Of a stretch of DNA of 43,301 nucleotides, positions 17,350 through 27,633 are shown piece after piece. The DNA is from a bacterium. Lineage in GTDB: Bacteria > Patescibacteriota > Minisyncoccia > Minisyncoccales > CG1-02-41-26. The position numbers and the translations under genes were made by a program. The notes under the pieces are model-generated. The model did no database searches. It was not told where the DNA came from and saw only the letters and a list, made by a program, of their open reading frames with translations. Where the stretch lies: the NCBI GenBank assembly GCA_018400675.1, contig JAGYMG010000001.1, positions 1 through 43,301 of the forward strand, given 5' to 3'. Numbering within the stretch: position 1 is the first letter of the stretch; each line of letters begins with the position of its first letter.

Positions 17350-18645
17350 TTATTTCTTTAATTGAATATTTATCTCTATTCTCTCAACATTATCCGGGAC
17401 AGACTTAATCCAAAAAGGCCAGAACTTAATCTTTACTTTCTCAACTTCGGAGAAACTCCTGAAAATAATTTCTTTTATTTCTTCTTCATTCTTCCCCTTG
17501 ATAGCTCCTTTTAATTTTCCCTTATTAATATCATCATAGACTGCAACGGATATGTCAAAATCTAGCCTCATTTCTTCTTCGGCTTGGTTGGGATAAGCAT
17601 TAAGATTGTCTATAATCAAAAGATCCTCAATTATTTTCTGGCTAGCAGAGACATCATCAAGAATAATATCTCTGGATAAATCCCGAAGCAAAGACTTTTT
17701 AAAAGCTAAAACAGTAATATTGGCCGTACCCTGACAATGAAAACTATCTTTCTTTTCAGCTACTGCTCCTGAGCAATTAGTTTCAATTGTTCTTTCAAAT
17801 ATAGCTGAAGATAAAAATATAAAATCTTCTCCCACGCTGGCCTCTAGTTCCTGACAGGCCTGACGGTCTAGTTGATCTTTTAGGGATTCTTTGGCTCTTT
17901 CAATGTCTTCTTCACTAATCTCTTTAACCTGGTTAGAAAAACCGCCGGTCATAGGACTATCTGATTCAGCATAGACTTGGTAATAGAGCGAGCTGCCGAC
18001 TAAACCAGGGAGAGAAAACGTGGCAGGACCTATATTATATTTCTCGCCAGCTTCCATAGCAATAACCTCTACTTCAGCCGTTCCGGGGACGCTTTTCCCA
18101 CCTTCCTGATGAGCCCCTGGCAAATAAACCCGGTCAGGCATTTGAAAATATTTTCCTTCTGTTGAAGAAAGAAAACGTGTCGTTGCTTTTAGATTAATAG
18201 ATTCCTCATAGTTATTATAAATTGTAATAGTGCCTTTGGCTCTGCCTTCTTCTTGAGAAAGACCAGTAGCTGCAAATTCTCGAGAGCCGGTTTTTTCTAT
18301 TTCAAAAAATTGGCCTGGCATAATCCCCTCTTCAATATTAACTGATTCAATCTGGCTGCTGACTATCGCTTTTTCTCCTTCAAAGATTTTTTCCTCCTGG
18401 AAGGGCTGAAGAGTTATTGCCGAATAAGCCTGAGAGTTAATAATTAAAAAAAGAAGAAAAAGAACAACAAAAATGGCAGCCAATTTCCAAACAAAATAAG
18501 GCTTCTTAGCAATAGGTCTTTGCTCTTTTTTTTCTAGTCTTGTCTTTTTCTCCCGCATTCTTTCTTTTATCCCTTTTCTCTCTTCTTTTTTTTCTTTCAG
18601 AGATTTATAGCCAGGAGGCAGAATATCAAATATTTTTTTAGACAT
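17350..18645 (-). CDS. Membrane-anchored baseplate-J/gp47-like protein of the kind common in CPR genomes
   Basis: Single TM near residues 50-70; AKGTITIYN, ATTRF, PGTAEVEVIA..AGEKYNIGP, MTGG, PFWIKSVP. Confidence 0.6.
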   Translation of the reverse strand: MSKKIFDILPPGYKSLKEKKEERKGIKERMREKKTRLEKKEQRPIAKKPYFVWKLAAIFVVLFLLFLIINSQAYSAITLQPFQEEKIFEGEKAIVSSQIESVNIEEGIMPGQFFEIEKTGSREFAATGLSQEEGRAKGTITIYNNYEESINLKATTRFLSSTEGKYFQMPDRVYLPGAHQEGGKSVPGTAEVEVIAMEAGEKYNIGPATFSLPGLVGSSLYYQVYAESDSPMTGGFSNQVKEISEEDIERAKESLKDQLDRQACQELEASVGEDFIFLSSAIFERTIETNCSGAVAEKKDSFHCQGTANITVLAFKKSLLRDLSRDIILDDVSASQKIIEDLLIIDNLNAYPNQAEEEMRLDFDISVAVYDDINKGKLKGAIKGKNEEEIKEIIFRSFSEVEKVKIKFWPFWIKSVPDNVERIEINIQLKK

Positions 18646-18655
18646 ATTAATTACT

Positions 18656-19840
18656 TTATTTTAAAGCCAAAGCCAGAAGACTAATACCTGTCTCTTGAGG
18701 ACCTTTAAGCAACCCGGTTTTATCTTTTATCGGCAAGTCGCAGGGAGAGAAAAAATTAACTCTAGGAGATTCCAGAATAGCCAGATGATCCCAGTCGCCT
18801 CCCCTTAGCATCTTTTTAATTATTGAGAGTAAGCTATCCTGGCCGAAAAGATATATTCCCTCCGGGAAAACAAAATGAAATTTATACTGGGACTGTTTCA
18901 GTTCTTTCTTTAAACGGCTGAACCAAGTAGTTAAGGGTTTTGAGAGTATCTCTTCTATAATCTTTTCTGTCCCCCGACTAAATTTTCTATTGCCAAATCT
19001 ATTCTTCAAATGCTCTGCCTCCCGTTCTGACAAACCCAATCGTTCCGACAAAGCCCTGTTAAAGATATTACCACCTAAGTCTAATTCTGTCATCCATTTA
19101 AGGATTCCTTTCTCTATCAAAAAAACTTGGCTAAAGTTGGGGCCGATTTCCACAAACATACCGGAAAAGTTGTTTTTGCTTGATAACCAAGAGACTAAAC
19201 CTTCAACCGGATGGACAATCATAAAATCCCGAGAGCCTAATATTTCTTCTAGATCATAGAGGATGCCTGAGATACTTTTGAATAAGAATAGGGTGAGGAC
19301 TCTGAACTCAAAAGCACCTCCTTTGTGACCAAGAATACCTTTGACGGGATAACCGGATATTTTTTCTTCAACTATCTTTCTTTCCAGGGTTTGAAATTCA
19401 TTAATAGGAAAACCAAGAAAGTTAGCGGCTTCTTCTTTAGCTTTTTTCTCGCCTTGATTCAAGACCGCCTTGAGAATAACTCTTTCTTCCTTTTGGCTGA
19501 TCTCTTTTTTGGCCCTTTTTCTCTGATAGTCAACCTTAGCTATCCTCCCCTTAAAGACGTCCGGACTGGGATTTAACAAAATCTTTGGCAATTTTCCTTT
19601 TTCCAAATCTAATCCCTTCAAGACTTTGTTAATAGTATTCTTTAGCAAGTCTTTTTCAAAATCACGGCTCTGGAAAACGCCAAAGCGGTCAAAATCTTCT
19701 GCAGCAAATTTAATAACAGAAAAATTATTGTCTGACTTTCTCAACACCAACCCTTGAACCTCAAAAGAGTTTATTCTCAATACTAAAAAATCATCTTGTC
19801 TGGTTTTCTTTTTTAAAAAAGATAAAAAACTAGAAAACAT
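18656..19840 (-). CDS. Divergent FtsA/PilM-like actin-fold protein
   Basis: FVEIGPNFSQV, LGGNIFNRALSERLGLSEREAEHLK, IYLFG; ATP-site motifs degenerate. Confidence 0.65.
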   Translation of the reverse strand: MFSSFLSFLKKKTRQDDFLVLRINSFEVQGLVLRKSDNNFSVIKFAAEDFDRFGVFQSRDFEKDLLKNTINKVLKGLDLEKGKLPKILLNPSPDVFKGRIAKVDYQRKRAKKEISQKEERVILKAVLNQGEKKAKEEAANFLGFPINEFQTLERKIVEEKISGYPVKGILGHKGGAFEFRVLTLFLFKSISGILYDLEEILGSRDFMIVHPVEGLVSWLSSKNNFSGMFVEIGPNFSQVFLIEKGILKWMTELDLGGNIFNRALSERLGLSEREAEHLKNRFGNRKFSRGTEKIIEEILSKPLTTWFSRLKKELKQSQYKFHFVFPEGIYLFGQDSLLSIIKKMLRGGDWDHLAILESPRVNFFSPCDLPIKDKTGLLKGPQETGISLLALALK

Positions 19841-19849
19841 TTTAAAAAA

Positions 19850-21694
19850 TTATTTTAGAGTTGCTTTAATTCTCCTTACACCAGCGCTGGAAGATTCTTC
19901 CTTGATAATCTTGAATACTCCTAGTTGTCCTGTTTCCTTTAAATGAGGACCTTTACAAATTTCTTTTGAAAAAACTTTTCCTGTCCTAGGATTAAAAACT
20001 TTATAGACATAAACCTCTGGAGGATATTCTTCCCGAAAGAAAGAAAGAGCACCTGAACGCAGGGCTGCCTCCAAAGACATTTTTTCTTTCTCCACTTTAA
20101 GGTTCTCTTTGATCGTTTGATTTACTAAATCCTCTACCTGTTTAATCTCTTCAGCGCTCATTTTGCGGGGAAAAGAAAAATCAAAACGTAATCTCTGGCT
20201 ATTAATATCAGAGCCCTTCTGTTCTACGGTAGGTCCTAAAACAAGCCTTAAAGCAGCCTGGAGAAGATGCGTGGCTGTGTGGAGCTGCTTAAGAATACTG
20301 TCATCTGATTCTTCTCCACTCAGCCCATGCCCCCCAAATTTTTTATCAGCTCCCTGGCGAGAAATCTTTTGGTGTTTTTCAAATTCTTCCTGGAATTTGT
20401 CTTTCTCAATTTCAAAACCGTTTTCTGCAGCTAACTCTTGGGTGAGCTCCAAGGGAAAGCCATAACTTTGATAAAGATCAAAAACTAATTTCCCTTTGAT
20501 TAATTTCTTTTCTCCCCTTTCTTCTGTCCCACTAATAATCTTTTTAAGCTGACTCAAGCCCTTGCTTAAAGTCTTTCCGAATTTATCTTCTTCTTTTTCT
20601 ATAACCGTAACAATCTCTGATTCCTTTCTTTTGATTGCTGGATAAATTTCTCCGTAGATTTTTATTAATTCTTTAATAAGTCCAAGATACCAATATTCCT
20701 TTAGATCTAAGATTTTAGCATATCGAATAGAGCGGCGGAGTAATCTTCTTAAGATATACCCTCGGCCAAGGTTATCTGGTAAAATACCATCACCAATCAG
20801 GAAAAGAGAGCCCCTTATATGGTCAGCAATAATACGAAAGGCTTTTTTATTCTCTTCGTATTTCTTATCAGTACTGGTTTCAATTGTTGCTATCAGGGGT
20901 TGGAAAAGATCGGTTTCATAGCTAGATTCTTTACCTGCTAGGATAGTCACTAAACGTTCAAAACCTATGCCTGTATCCACATTCTGCTGGGGTAGTTTAA
21001 GATATTTATATCCCCCCTTATTATCCTTCAACCGATTGTATTCCATAAAAACCAGATTCCATAATTCTACAAAGCGCTGACAGTGAGAACAATTGGGCCC
21101 ACACTCTTTATTATCACAGCCGAATGATTCTCCCCGATCATAATGAATCTCAGAACAGGGACCACACGGCCCTTCATCCAAAACAGGTCCCCAGAAGTTG
21201 TCGCTCATACCAAACTCTTTGATGTGATTATCGGGGATACCATGGTTCTGCCAAATAGCAAGCGCTTCCTGATCCCGCGGTATTTCTTTATTGCCCTTGA
21301 ATATAGTTACCCATAACTTATCTTTATCTAAGCCTAATTCCTTAACAAAGAAATCAAGCGCGTATTCAATTGCTTTTTCTTTAAAATAACCCCCTTCTTT
21401 TTCTCCTCCGATTGACCAATTGCCCAGCATTTCAAAAAAAGTATGGTGAGAAATATCACCTACTTCCTCAATATCATTAGTCCTAAAACACTTCTGGCAA
21501 GAAGTTAATAAGCGGGAGCCAAATTCTTCCAGCGGGTTTTTTTGCCCTGACAAAACATCGTTAAACTGTTGCATCCCCGCTGTTGTAAAGAGAACTGTCT
21601 CATCGTCAGGAACAAGCGAGTGTGATGGAACAATCTTATGCCCCTTTGCTTTAAAAAAATCTAAAAATTTTTGCCTTATTTCTTTTGATTCCAT
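19850..21694 (-). CDS. alaS: Alanine--tRNA ligase, short form without the C-Ala domain
   Basis: LFTTAGMQQF, HHTFFEMLGN, GPCGPCSEI, VDTGIGFER, HTATHLL, EICKGPH, AGVRRIKA. Confidence 0.96.
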   Translation of the reverse strand: MESKEIRQKFLDFFKAKGHKIVPSHSLVPDDETVLFTTAGMQQFNDVLSGQKNPLEEFGSRLLTSCQKCFRTNDIEEVGDISHHTFFEMLGNWSIGGEKEGGYFKEKAIEYALDFFVKELGLDKDKLWVTIFKGNKEIPRDQEALAIWQNHGIPDNHIKEFGMSDNFWGPVLDEGPCGPCSEIHYDRGESFGCDNKECGPNCSHCQRFVELWNLVFMEYNRLKDNKGGYKYLKLPQQNVDTGIGFERLVTILAGKESSYETDLFQPLIATIETSTDKKYEENKKAFRIIADHIRGSLFLIGDGILPDNLGRGYILRRLLRRSIRYAKILDLKEYWYLGLIKELIKIYGEIYPAIKRKESEIVTVIEKEEDKFGKTLSKGLSQLKKIISGTEERGEKKLIKGKLVFDLYQSYGFPLELTQELAAENGFEIEKDKFQEEFEKHQKISRQGADKKFGGHGLSGEESDDSILKQLHTATHLLQAALRLVLGPTVEQKGSDINSQRLRFDFSFPRKMSAEEIKQVEDLVNQTIKENLKVEKEKMSLEAALRSGALSFFREEYPPEVYVYKVFNPRTGKVFSKEICKGPHLKETGQLGVFKIIKEESSSAGVRRIKATLK

Positions 21695-21705
21695 ACGTGT
21701 CTCTA

Positions 21706-22224
21706 TTAAGCAAACCTGTCAGCTACTATTGAGGCGGCGAAAGAATCCGGCTTTATTTTCGCCTCAAAGCCATTGCTCTTGATCAAGCTAATGACCTCTT
21801 TGATCATATCCCGGGTCTTACCTTTCTCACCGATATCCGCATGAATATAGCGACACTGATATTTGAGTTTGCTCTGTGAGTTATCCACCATAGTCTTTAG
21901 ACCATCCCTAAGCGAGAGAGCAAATTCACAGGAAATTAAAATCTCCTGGAGTATCCTTTGGTGAAGATTATAAAACTTCCTGGTTTCAGGATAACGGATC
22001 TTCTTAAAAAAGAAGCGTCCGCCATGACCTACCCTCAAAACGACTATAGCTACTGGAAAAGCAGGTCGCTCTTCAGAAGTAGAGTCGCAGCCAACAACAA
22101 TATCATAAAACTTCCCCGGATCATCGTTCATATAATCAAAAACCGCCCGCACTACTGCTTTAAAATCAAGTGCCCCCAGATGGGGATTAAAAAAATCTGT
22201 TATTGTAGTATCGTTATCACTCAT
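21706..22224 (-). CDS. RNase H-like YkuK (DUF458) family protein
   Basis: IVVGCDS, IHADIG..GKT, KIKPDSFAASIVADR. Confidence 0.85.
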   Translation of the reverse strand: MSDNDTTITDFFNPHLGALDFKAVVRAVFDYMNDDPGKFYDIVVGCDSTSEERPAFPVAIVVLRVGHGGRFFFKKIRYPETRKFYNLHQRILQEILISCEFALSLRDGLKTMVDNSQSKLKYQCRYIHADIGEKGKTRDMIKEVISLIKSNGFEAKIKPDSFAASIVADRFA

Positions 22225-22245
22225 TATATCGTCTAGAGCTAATCA

Positions 22246-23001
22246 TTATAGCCCTTCTAGTATTTTTATCATCTTAGCAAATTCCTTGGGTCTTAAGGAG
22301 CTACCTCCGACTAAAAACCCGTCTAAGGCTAATCCTTTAGTATAATTCAATAGATTCTCACTGTCTACACTGCCTCCATAAAGAATCGCTATTTGCTCGG
22401 CAGTTTTTTTATTTGCCCAACGGGTTATTGTTTTTTTAATAAAGAGAGCCACTGTCATCACTTGGTTTTCCTCACAAGGAGTACCTTGGCCGATTGCCCA
22501 GACAGGCTCATAAGCAATAATTATCTTGGCTAAATCCTTTTTCTTAATATCTTTAAGATCTTCTCTTAGTTGCCTTTCTAAGACCTTAAAGGTCCTTCCC
22601 TTATGCTTATCTTCTTTTTCTTCTCCGATACAAAGAATTGGTCTCATTTTTGCTTCCAACACTTTTTTTATTTTTTTATTTATAACCCTATCTCCCTCCT
22701 CAAGGATATTCCTTCGTTCAGAGTGACCAATAATAACATAATGACAGCCCATGTCCTTTAACATCTTGGCTGAAATCTCTCCGGTATAACTGCCTTTATC
22801 CGCCCAAAAACAGTTCTGAGCCCCTTTCTTTGCTTTAGGTAGAACCTTGCCTAGTTGGGCAAGATAAACAAAAGGCGGCGCAATGACAACTTCAACTTTT
22901 CTCAACTGCTTGATATTTTTTTTAAGAGCAGAGAGAATAGCCTTAGACTCCTTCTGACTAGTAGGGTTACACTTCCAATTGGCAACGAGGAGTTTTTTCA
23001 T
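22246..23001 (-). CDS. tpiA: Triosephosphate isomerase
   Basis: ANWK, IGHSERR, AYEPVWAIG, LYGGSV, GFLVGGSSL. Confidence 0.97.
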   Translation of the reverse strand: MKKLLVANWKCNPTSQKESKAILSALKKNIKQLRKVEVVIAPPFVYLAQLGKVLPKAKKGAQNCFWADKGSYTGEISAKMLKDMGCHYVIIGHSERRNILEEGDRVINKKIKKVLEAKMRPILCIGEEKEDKHKGRTFKVLERQLREDLKDIKKKDLAKIIIAYEPVWAIGQGTPCEENQVMTVALFIKKTITRWANKKTAEQIAILYGGSVDSENLLNYTKGLALDGFLVGGSSLRPKEFAKMIKILEGL

Positions 23002-23003
23002 AA

Positions 23004-24044
23004 TTAATCCTTTAGTTTTATTTTTTCCCGCAGCATGCTAGCTGATCTCTCCGGTTCTATCACTGAAATCTCCATACGGGTACCAATCTCAAAACCAGCC
23101 CAGGTGGCTGTCTTAGGAAGAATTGTCCAGTGCCAATGATAATAATTAAACCGGCCGGCATCGCACGGAGCGCTGTGCAAATAAAAATTATAAGGAGGAT
23201 CGCCGAGAAGATGGTAGAGGGCACTAAAAGCAGCCTTAAACGCTTCGGCTAAAGACCATTTTTCTTTTTCTTTTATCTCTTCAAAATTAGACAAGTGCTC
23301 CTTGGGTGAAATAATCATCTGAAAAGCTGCCTTAGAAGCAAAAGGGCAGACAACTAAAAAATCTTTGTTTTCAAAAACTATTCTCTCTCGGACTTTTTGG
23401 TCCCACTTGTTCATTTCGCAATAAACACATTTTTTGTTTTTCTTATAATAGCTTTGAGCGTTCTCTAAGGCTCGAATAAGATCAACATCAATGAGAGGAG
23501 TGGTAATAATTTGAGAATGAGGGTGGCTCAAAGAAGCACCGGCCTCAGCCCCATGATTATGGAAAATAGAAATATAATTAACAAACTTTTTTTCCATTAA
23601 AGAGAGATAACGACCCTGATAGGTGTCTATTAATTCCTTAATCTCCTTAACCTCAAATTGAGCAATTTGTTTTTCGTGATCTCGGGTAACGACTACCTCG
23701 TGGTAACCAACCGAATTCATCTTCTTATAAAGATCCCCTTCCATGCTTTCGCCTAAATTATCGCTCGGGAAAACAGCCGGATACTTGTTGGGGATAACAA
23801 TTGTTGTCCAGTCTTTGGGGATCCCCTTTCCCAAAGGAACCCTGTCACCCTTGCGATATATCAAGGTTGGCTTTTTCTGGGTTTCAATATTACAAAAGGG
23901 GCAATCTTTTTTGGCTAATGTTAATTTCTTTCTCTTCTTGATCTTAAAAGATGTAGGTCTTTTCCCTCTGCCAGAAGCAATAATAACCCAATCCTTAGAA
24001 ACAATATCAAAACGTAATTCTGAAGAAAGTTTTTCCTTTTTCAT
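23004..24044 (-). CDS. galT: Galactose-1-phosphate uridylyltransferase-family (HIT) nucleotidyltransferase
   Basis: RGKRP, CPFC, PNKYPA, GASLSHPHSQ, AGFEIGT. Confidence 0.88.
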   Translation of the reverse strand: MKKEKLSSELRFDIVSKDWVIIASGRGKRPTSFKIKKRKKLTLAKKDCPFCNIETQKKPTLIYRKGDRVPLGKGIPKDWTTIVIPNKYPAVFPSDNLGESMEGDLYKKMNSVGYHEVVVTRDHEKQIAQFEVKEIKELIDTYQGRYLSLMEKKFVNYISIFHNHGAEAGASLSHPHSQIITTPLIDVDLIRALENAQSYYKKNKKCVYCEMNKWDQKVRERIVFENKDFLVVCPFASKAAFQMIISPKEHLSNFEEIKEKEKWSLAEAFKAAFSALYHLLGDPPYNFYLHSAPCDAGRFNYYHWHWTILPKTATWAGFEIGTRMEISVIEPERSASMLREKIKLKD

Positions 24045-24772
24045 ATTTTTTTAAGATTATACTGCTGGGTGATAAGATTCCACCTTATCTTGAATAAGTC
24101 TACAGCCATACGTAGAGTATGTTTAAGCTTAACCTTACTCTGCAAGTCATTTTTCCAAAGGACTGGAATTTCCTTTATCTTATAACCTTTCTTCTTGGCA
24201 ATAATAAGCATCTCAGGATCAAAAGCCCAACGGTCAATTTTACATTCGGGCAAAATATCTTCAGCCAATGCTCTGGTCAGCCCCTTAAAACCACACTGGG
24301 TATCCCAGATACCCCAGAGACCAACAACTATCTGAACCATAAGATTAAAAATATCCCCTATTCTCTGACGCAGCCAGGGCTGAGGAGGGTCAAGCACAGC
24401 TCCTTTTATATCCCGGGAACCGATAACATAATCGTAGCCCTTCTCAAATGCGGGCAGCATTTTTTTTAAATGATTTATATGAGTAGAATTATCGGCATCA
24501 GTAAAAAGACGGTAATCACCGCTTGCTGCCAATAAGCCCTGTCTGACAACATAACCTTTACCATGATTGTCCTTGTTGTCAATAACTGTTAGGTTCTTAA
24601 CAATAGAATTGAGCGAGCGAGCCACCTCAACAGTTTTATCCTGAGAGCCATCACTAACTATAATAATCTCCCAACTATAATGCTGATCAGAAAGATATTT
24701 ATTGATAGATTTTATTGTCCCTGGTAATCTTTTTTCTTCATTATAGGCAGGGATAATCACTGAAAGATACAT
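24041..24772 (-). CDS. GT2 polyprenyl-phosphate glycosyltransferase (dolichyl-phosphate beta-glucosyltransferase-like)
   Basis: SVIIPAYNE, DGSQD, GKG, FTDAD, GSR, DTQCGFK. Confidence 0.9.
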   Translation of the reverse strand: MYLSVIIPAYNEEKRLPGTIKSINKYLSDQHYSWEIIIVSDGSQDKTVEVARSLNSIVKNLTVIDNKDNHGKGYVVRQGLLAASGDYRLFTDADNSTHINHLKKMLPAFEKGYDYVIGSRDIKGAVLDPPQPWLRQRIGDIFNLMVQIVVGLWGIWDTQCGFKGLTRALAEDILPECKIDRWAFDPEMLIIAKKKGYKIKEIPVLWKNDLQSKVKLKHTLRMAVDLFKIRWNLITQQYNLKKI

Positions 24773-24827
24773 ATTTACTAATATTATTGAACACCTTCTA
24801 ATATAATAACAAATTTTAGAGAAAACT

Positions 24828-24858
24828 AAAACGGCTCATTGCACTCTTGAGCCGTTTT
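24828..24858 (-). terminator. Intrinsic terminator after map
   Basis: AAAACGGCTCA ... TGAGCCGTTTT inverted repeat. Confidence 0.75.
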
Positions 24859-24871
24859 TTAGTATCAACCA

Positions 24872-25618
24872 TCATAACCGGGTGAGCACCTGGCAACCAT
24901 CCTCAGTCACAACAACCTCGTGCTCATAATGGCTAGAGAGCGTATTGTCAGCCGTCTGCCAGCCAAATCCATCAGGATTTTTTTCTATTCTCCAATCGCC
25001 AGCTGAAACCATCGGCTCAATACAAAAGACCATACCTTGTTCTAAAGGGGTCTTCTCCCCTTTCTCTCGGTAATTTAATACCTGGGGATCTTCATGCAAC
25101 TCTCTCCCAATACCATGACCGCATAACTCTCTGATAACACTGAAACCTCTTTTTTCAGCATATCTCTGTATTGTGGCTCCTATATCTTCAAAATAATTAC
25201 CTGGCTTAATAACTGCTAGGCTGGCTTCAAAGGCCCCCTCCGTAGTCCTAATTATTGTTTCCTTTTCCAGGCTGATTGTTCCTACCCCCATAGTCAGGGC
25301 CATATCAGCAAAAAACCCTTTACGATAAAGACCGATATCAAGGGAAAGCAAATCCCCTTCTCTTAACCTATATGCACTGGGCAGGCCGTGAACAATAACC
25401 TCATTGAGAGAAGTACAAAGAGTAGCAGGAAAACCCTGATAGCCCTTAAAAGCTGGTTTTGCCCCGTAATCAAAAATAAGGGCTTCAGCCAGCCCATTTA
25501 ATTCTTTAGTGGTTATGCCGGGACGTACACTGTTTTTAACCTGCTCCAAAATCTTGGCTAATATCTGTGCCCCTTCTCTCATAACCATTATCTCATTGTT
25601 GGTTTTTATCTTTATCAT
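24872..25618 (-). CDS. map: Methionine aminopeptidase type I
   Basis: CTSLNEVIVHG, GHGIG..LHEDP, CIEPM, HYEH. Confidence 0.97.
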   Translation of the reverse strand: MIKIKTNNEIMVMREGAQILAKILEQVKNSVRPGITTKELNGLAEALIFDYGAKPAFKGYQGFPATLCTSLNEVIVHGLPSAYRLREGDLLSLDIGLYRKGFFADMALTMGVGTISLEKETIIRTTEGAFEASLAVIKPGNYFEDIGATIQRYAEKRGFSVIRELCGHGIGRELHEDPQVLNYREKGEKTPLEQGMVFCIEPMVSAGDWRIEKNPDGFGWQTADNTLSSHYEHEVVVTEDGCQVLTRL

Positions 25619-26319
25619 TCCTTTAGGCCAGATGTCTTCAGAATTCTTTCAAAGACCTTAGCAACAGAGCCTTCACCGTTCACCTTGTTTAAATTAAAAC
25701 TATTGGCCTTTAAGTAGTCTATAATCGGCAGCGTACGTTCCTGGTACTCCTTCCATCTTACCTTGATTACTGCAGGATCGTCTAAGCCTTCTCTTTTAAC
25801 CAAGGGTGAGCCATCTAAGGGACAATGACTGAGATCTTTTGTCTCTTGGTTATAAAGGATAGGGTGTCTCATGAGACTACAAATTCTTCTCTTGGAATTA
25901 CGAGCCAGGGATTCTTCAGGCGATATCTCAATCAACACTGTCTTTATATTCTCCTTGCCATATAGCTCTTCTAATAATGGCATAAGCTTTTTAGCCTCAT
26001 AGAGAGTCCGGGGAGAACCGGCTAAAACAATATCCTCACCTCTTTTTTCCAAATCCCTTAATTTTTCTTTAACCAGATAAGTGACAAAAGGCGGATCACA
26101 GAGAATCCCCTTTTTCCATTTATCGCTCTGGTCCTGAAAATAATATTGCTGGCCGTCTATCTCAATAGAGTCACTGCCTTTAAAGCTCTTAAATGATTGC
26201 TCCAAAATCTTACTGGTTTCAAAATAATAAAGGCTCAGTTTTTCTGAAAGCAAACTGGCTTGAGTACCTTTACCGGCTCCCGGTGGTCCTAGTAAAATAA
26301 CTACTTGTTTAGAACTCAT
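25615..26319 (-). CDS. adk: Adenylate kinase
   Basis: GPPGAGKGTQA, GSPRT, LID region RRIC...CPLDG; canonical position after secY. Confidence 0.92.
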   Translation of the reverse strand: MSSKQVVILLGPPGAGKGTQASLLSEKLSLYYFETSKILEQSFKSFKGSDSIEIDGQQYYFQDQSDKWKKGILCDPPFVTYLVKEKLRDLEKRGEDIVLAGSPRTLYEAKKLMPLLEELYGKENIKTVLIEISPEESLARNSKRRICSLMRHPILYNQETKDLSHCPLDGSPLVKREGLDDPAVIKVRWKEYQERTLPIIDYLKANSFNLNKVNGEGSVAKVFERILKTSGLKE

Positions 26320-26344
26320 AAGTGGCCGATGATATATAATTTTC

Positions 26345-27628
26345 TTAAAAATTTTCGTATTCCCTCATCTCCATCTGAGCTTTGAGCTGCCTCCAGAAAT
26401 CAAGGATAACACTCACCATAATTAGTAATGCTGTACCACCAATAAGAAAGGTAAAAGATTGAATCCCTGTAAAACCTTGGATTATTGAAGGCATAACGGC
26501 GATAGTGCCTAAAAATGAGGCTCCAACAAACAATATCTTGTAGAGAATTTTCTGGAGGAATGCAGCTGTCGGTCGTCCCGGTCTTATCCCTGAAATAAAT
26601 CCCCCCATTTTTTGAAGATTATTAGAAACCGTTTCAGGGTTAAAAGTAACAGACGTATAGAAATAAGTGAAGAGAAATACCAGAACAAAATAAAGACCAC
26701 CGTATATCCAAGCGTTCTGGAGTAAATTGTTAACGCCCTGAGCTATATTAGCTAAAGACTCATTGGCGCTGCCAGACAGAAAATTAGCTATCATGCCAGG
26801 GAAAAGAAGAATACTCATAGCAAAAATAATCGGCAAAACACCGGCTGGATTAATATTAATTGGCAGATAAGTAGAAAAACCACCATACATCTTATTGCCC
26901 CTTACTCGCTTAGCATAAGATACTGGGATATTTCTTTTTCCTTCATTAACCACTACAACACCAGCAATAATTAGAAGGGCAATAACAAAAAATAAGATAT
27001 AGAAAGGGAGGTTAGAAGGATCCCAGGTATAAATTGCATTTCTAATTTCTATCGGGGTCCGAGCAATGATACCAGCAAATATCAATAAGGAAACACCATT
27101 GCCAATACCCCTCTCAGAGATTAGTTCGCCCAACCACATTAAGAAAACAGAGCCACAGGTGACAATAACGATTGAACTGAAGAGTGTCATCGGACCAAGG
27201 GAACCAATCAAGCCCTGATTCTGGAAAAGAACCAACATACCATAAGCCTGCAGGGAAGCCAAAGGAACTGTAGCTATCCGGCCATATTGATTAAATTTCT
27301 GCCGTCCCTGATCACCCTCTTCCTTATAGAGCTTTTCCAGGGCAGGAAAAATCATAGTCAACAGCTGAAGAATAATAACAGAGGTAATATAGGGACTCAT
27401 CCCAAGCATAATAATAGAAACATTGCTCAAAGCACCACCGCTAAAAAGATTCAAGAGTCCCAGGATTTGGCTTTCTCCAAAAAACTTCTGGAGGTCTTCA
27501 CTGGCTATCCCCGGGATAGGAATGTTAGCTGCCAAGCGAAAAACAGCAAAAGCGAAAAGAACAAAAAGTATTTTGTTCCTTAGTTGGCGATCTTTTAAAA
27601 TATAACCGATTTGTCCAAACCAATTCAT
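26345..27628 (-). CDS. secY: Preprotein translocase SecY
   Basis: IPIPG, LG.SPYITS, WLGE.I..RGIGNG.SL, GIRPG, GGTALLI. Confidence 0.97.
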   Translation of the reverse strand: MNWFGQIGYILKDRQLRNKILFVLFAFAVFRLAANIPIPGIASEDLQKFFGESQILGLLNLFSGGALSNVSIIMLGMSPYITSVIILQLLTMIFPALEKLYKEEGDQGRQKFNQYGRIATVPLASLQAYGMLVLFQNQGLIGSLGPMTLFSSIVIVTCGSVFLMWLGELISERGIGNGVSLLIFAGIIARTPIEIRNAIYTWDPSNLPFYILFFVIALLIIAGVVVVNEGKRNIPVSYAKRVRGNKMYGGFSTYLPININPAGVLPIIFAMSILLFPGMIANFLSGSANESLANIAQGVNNLLQNAWIYGGLYFVLVFLFTYFYTSVTFNPETVSNNLQKMGGFISGIRPGRPTAAFLQKILYKILFVGASFLGTIAVMPSIIQGFTGIQSFTFLIGGTALLIMVSVILDFWRQLKAQMEMREYENF

Positions 27629-27633
27629 AAAGA

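Noticed and set aside
17350..18645. Prophage or contractile injection system
   Set aside because: No other tail, capsid or integrase genes; the protein is membrane anchored among housekeeping genes
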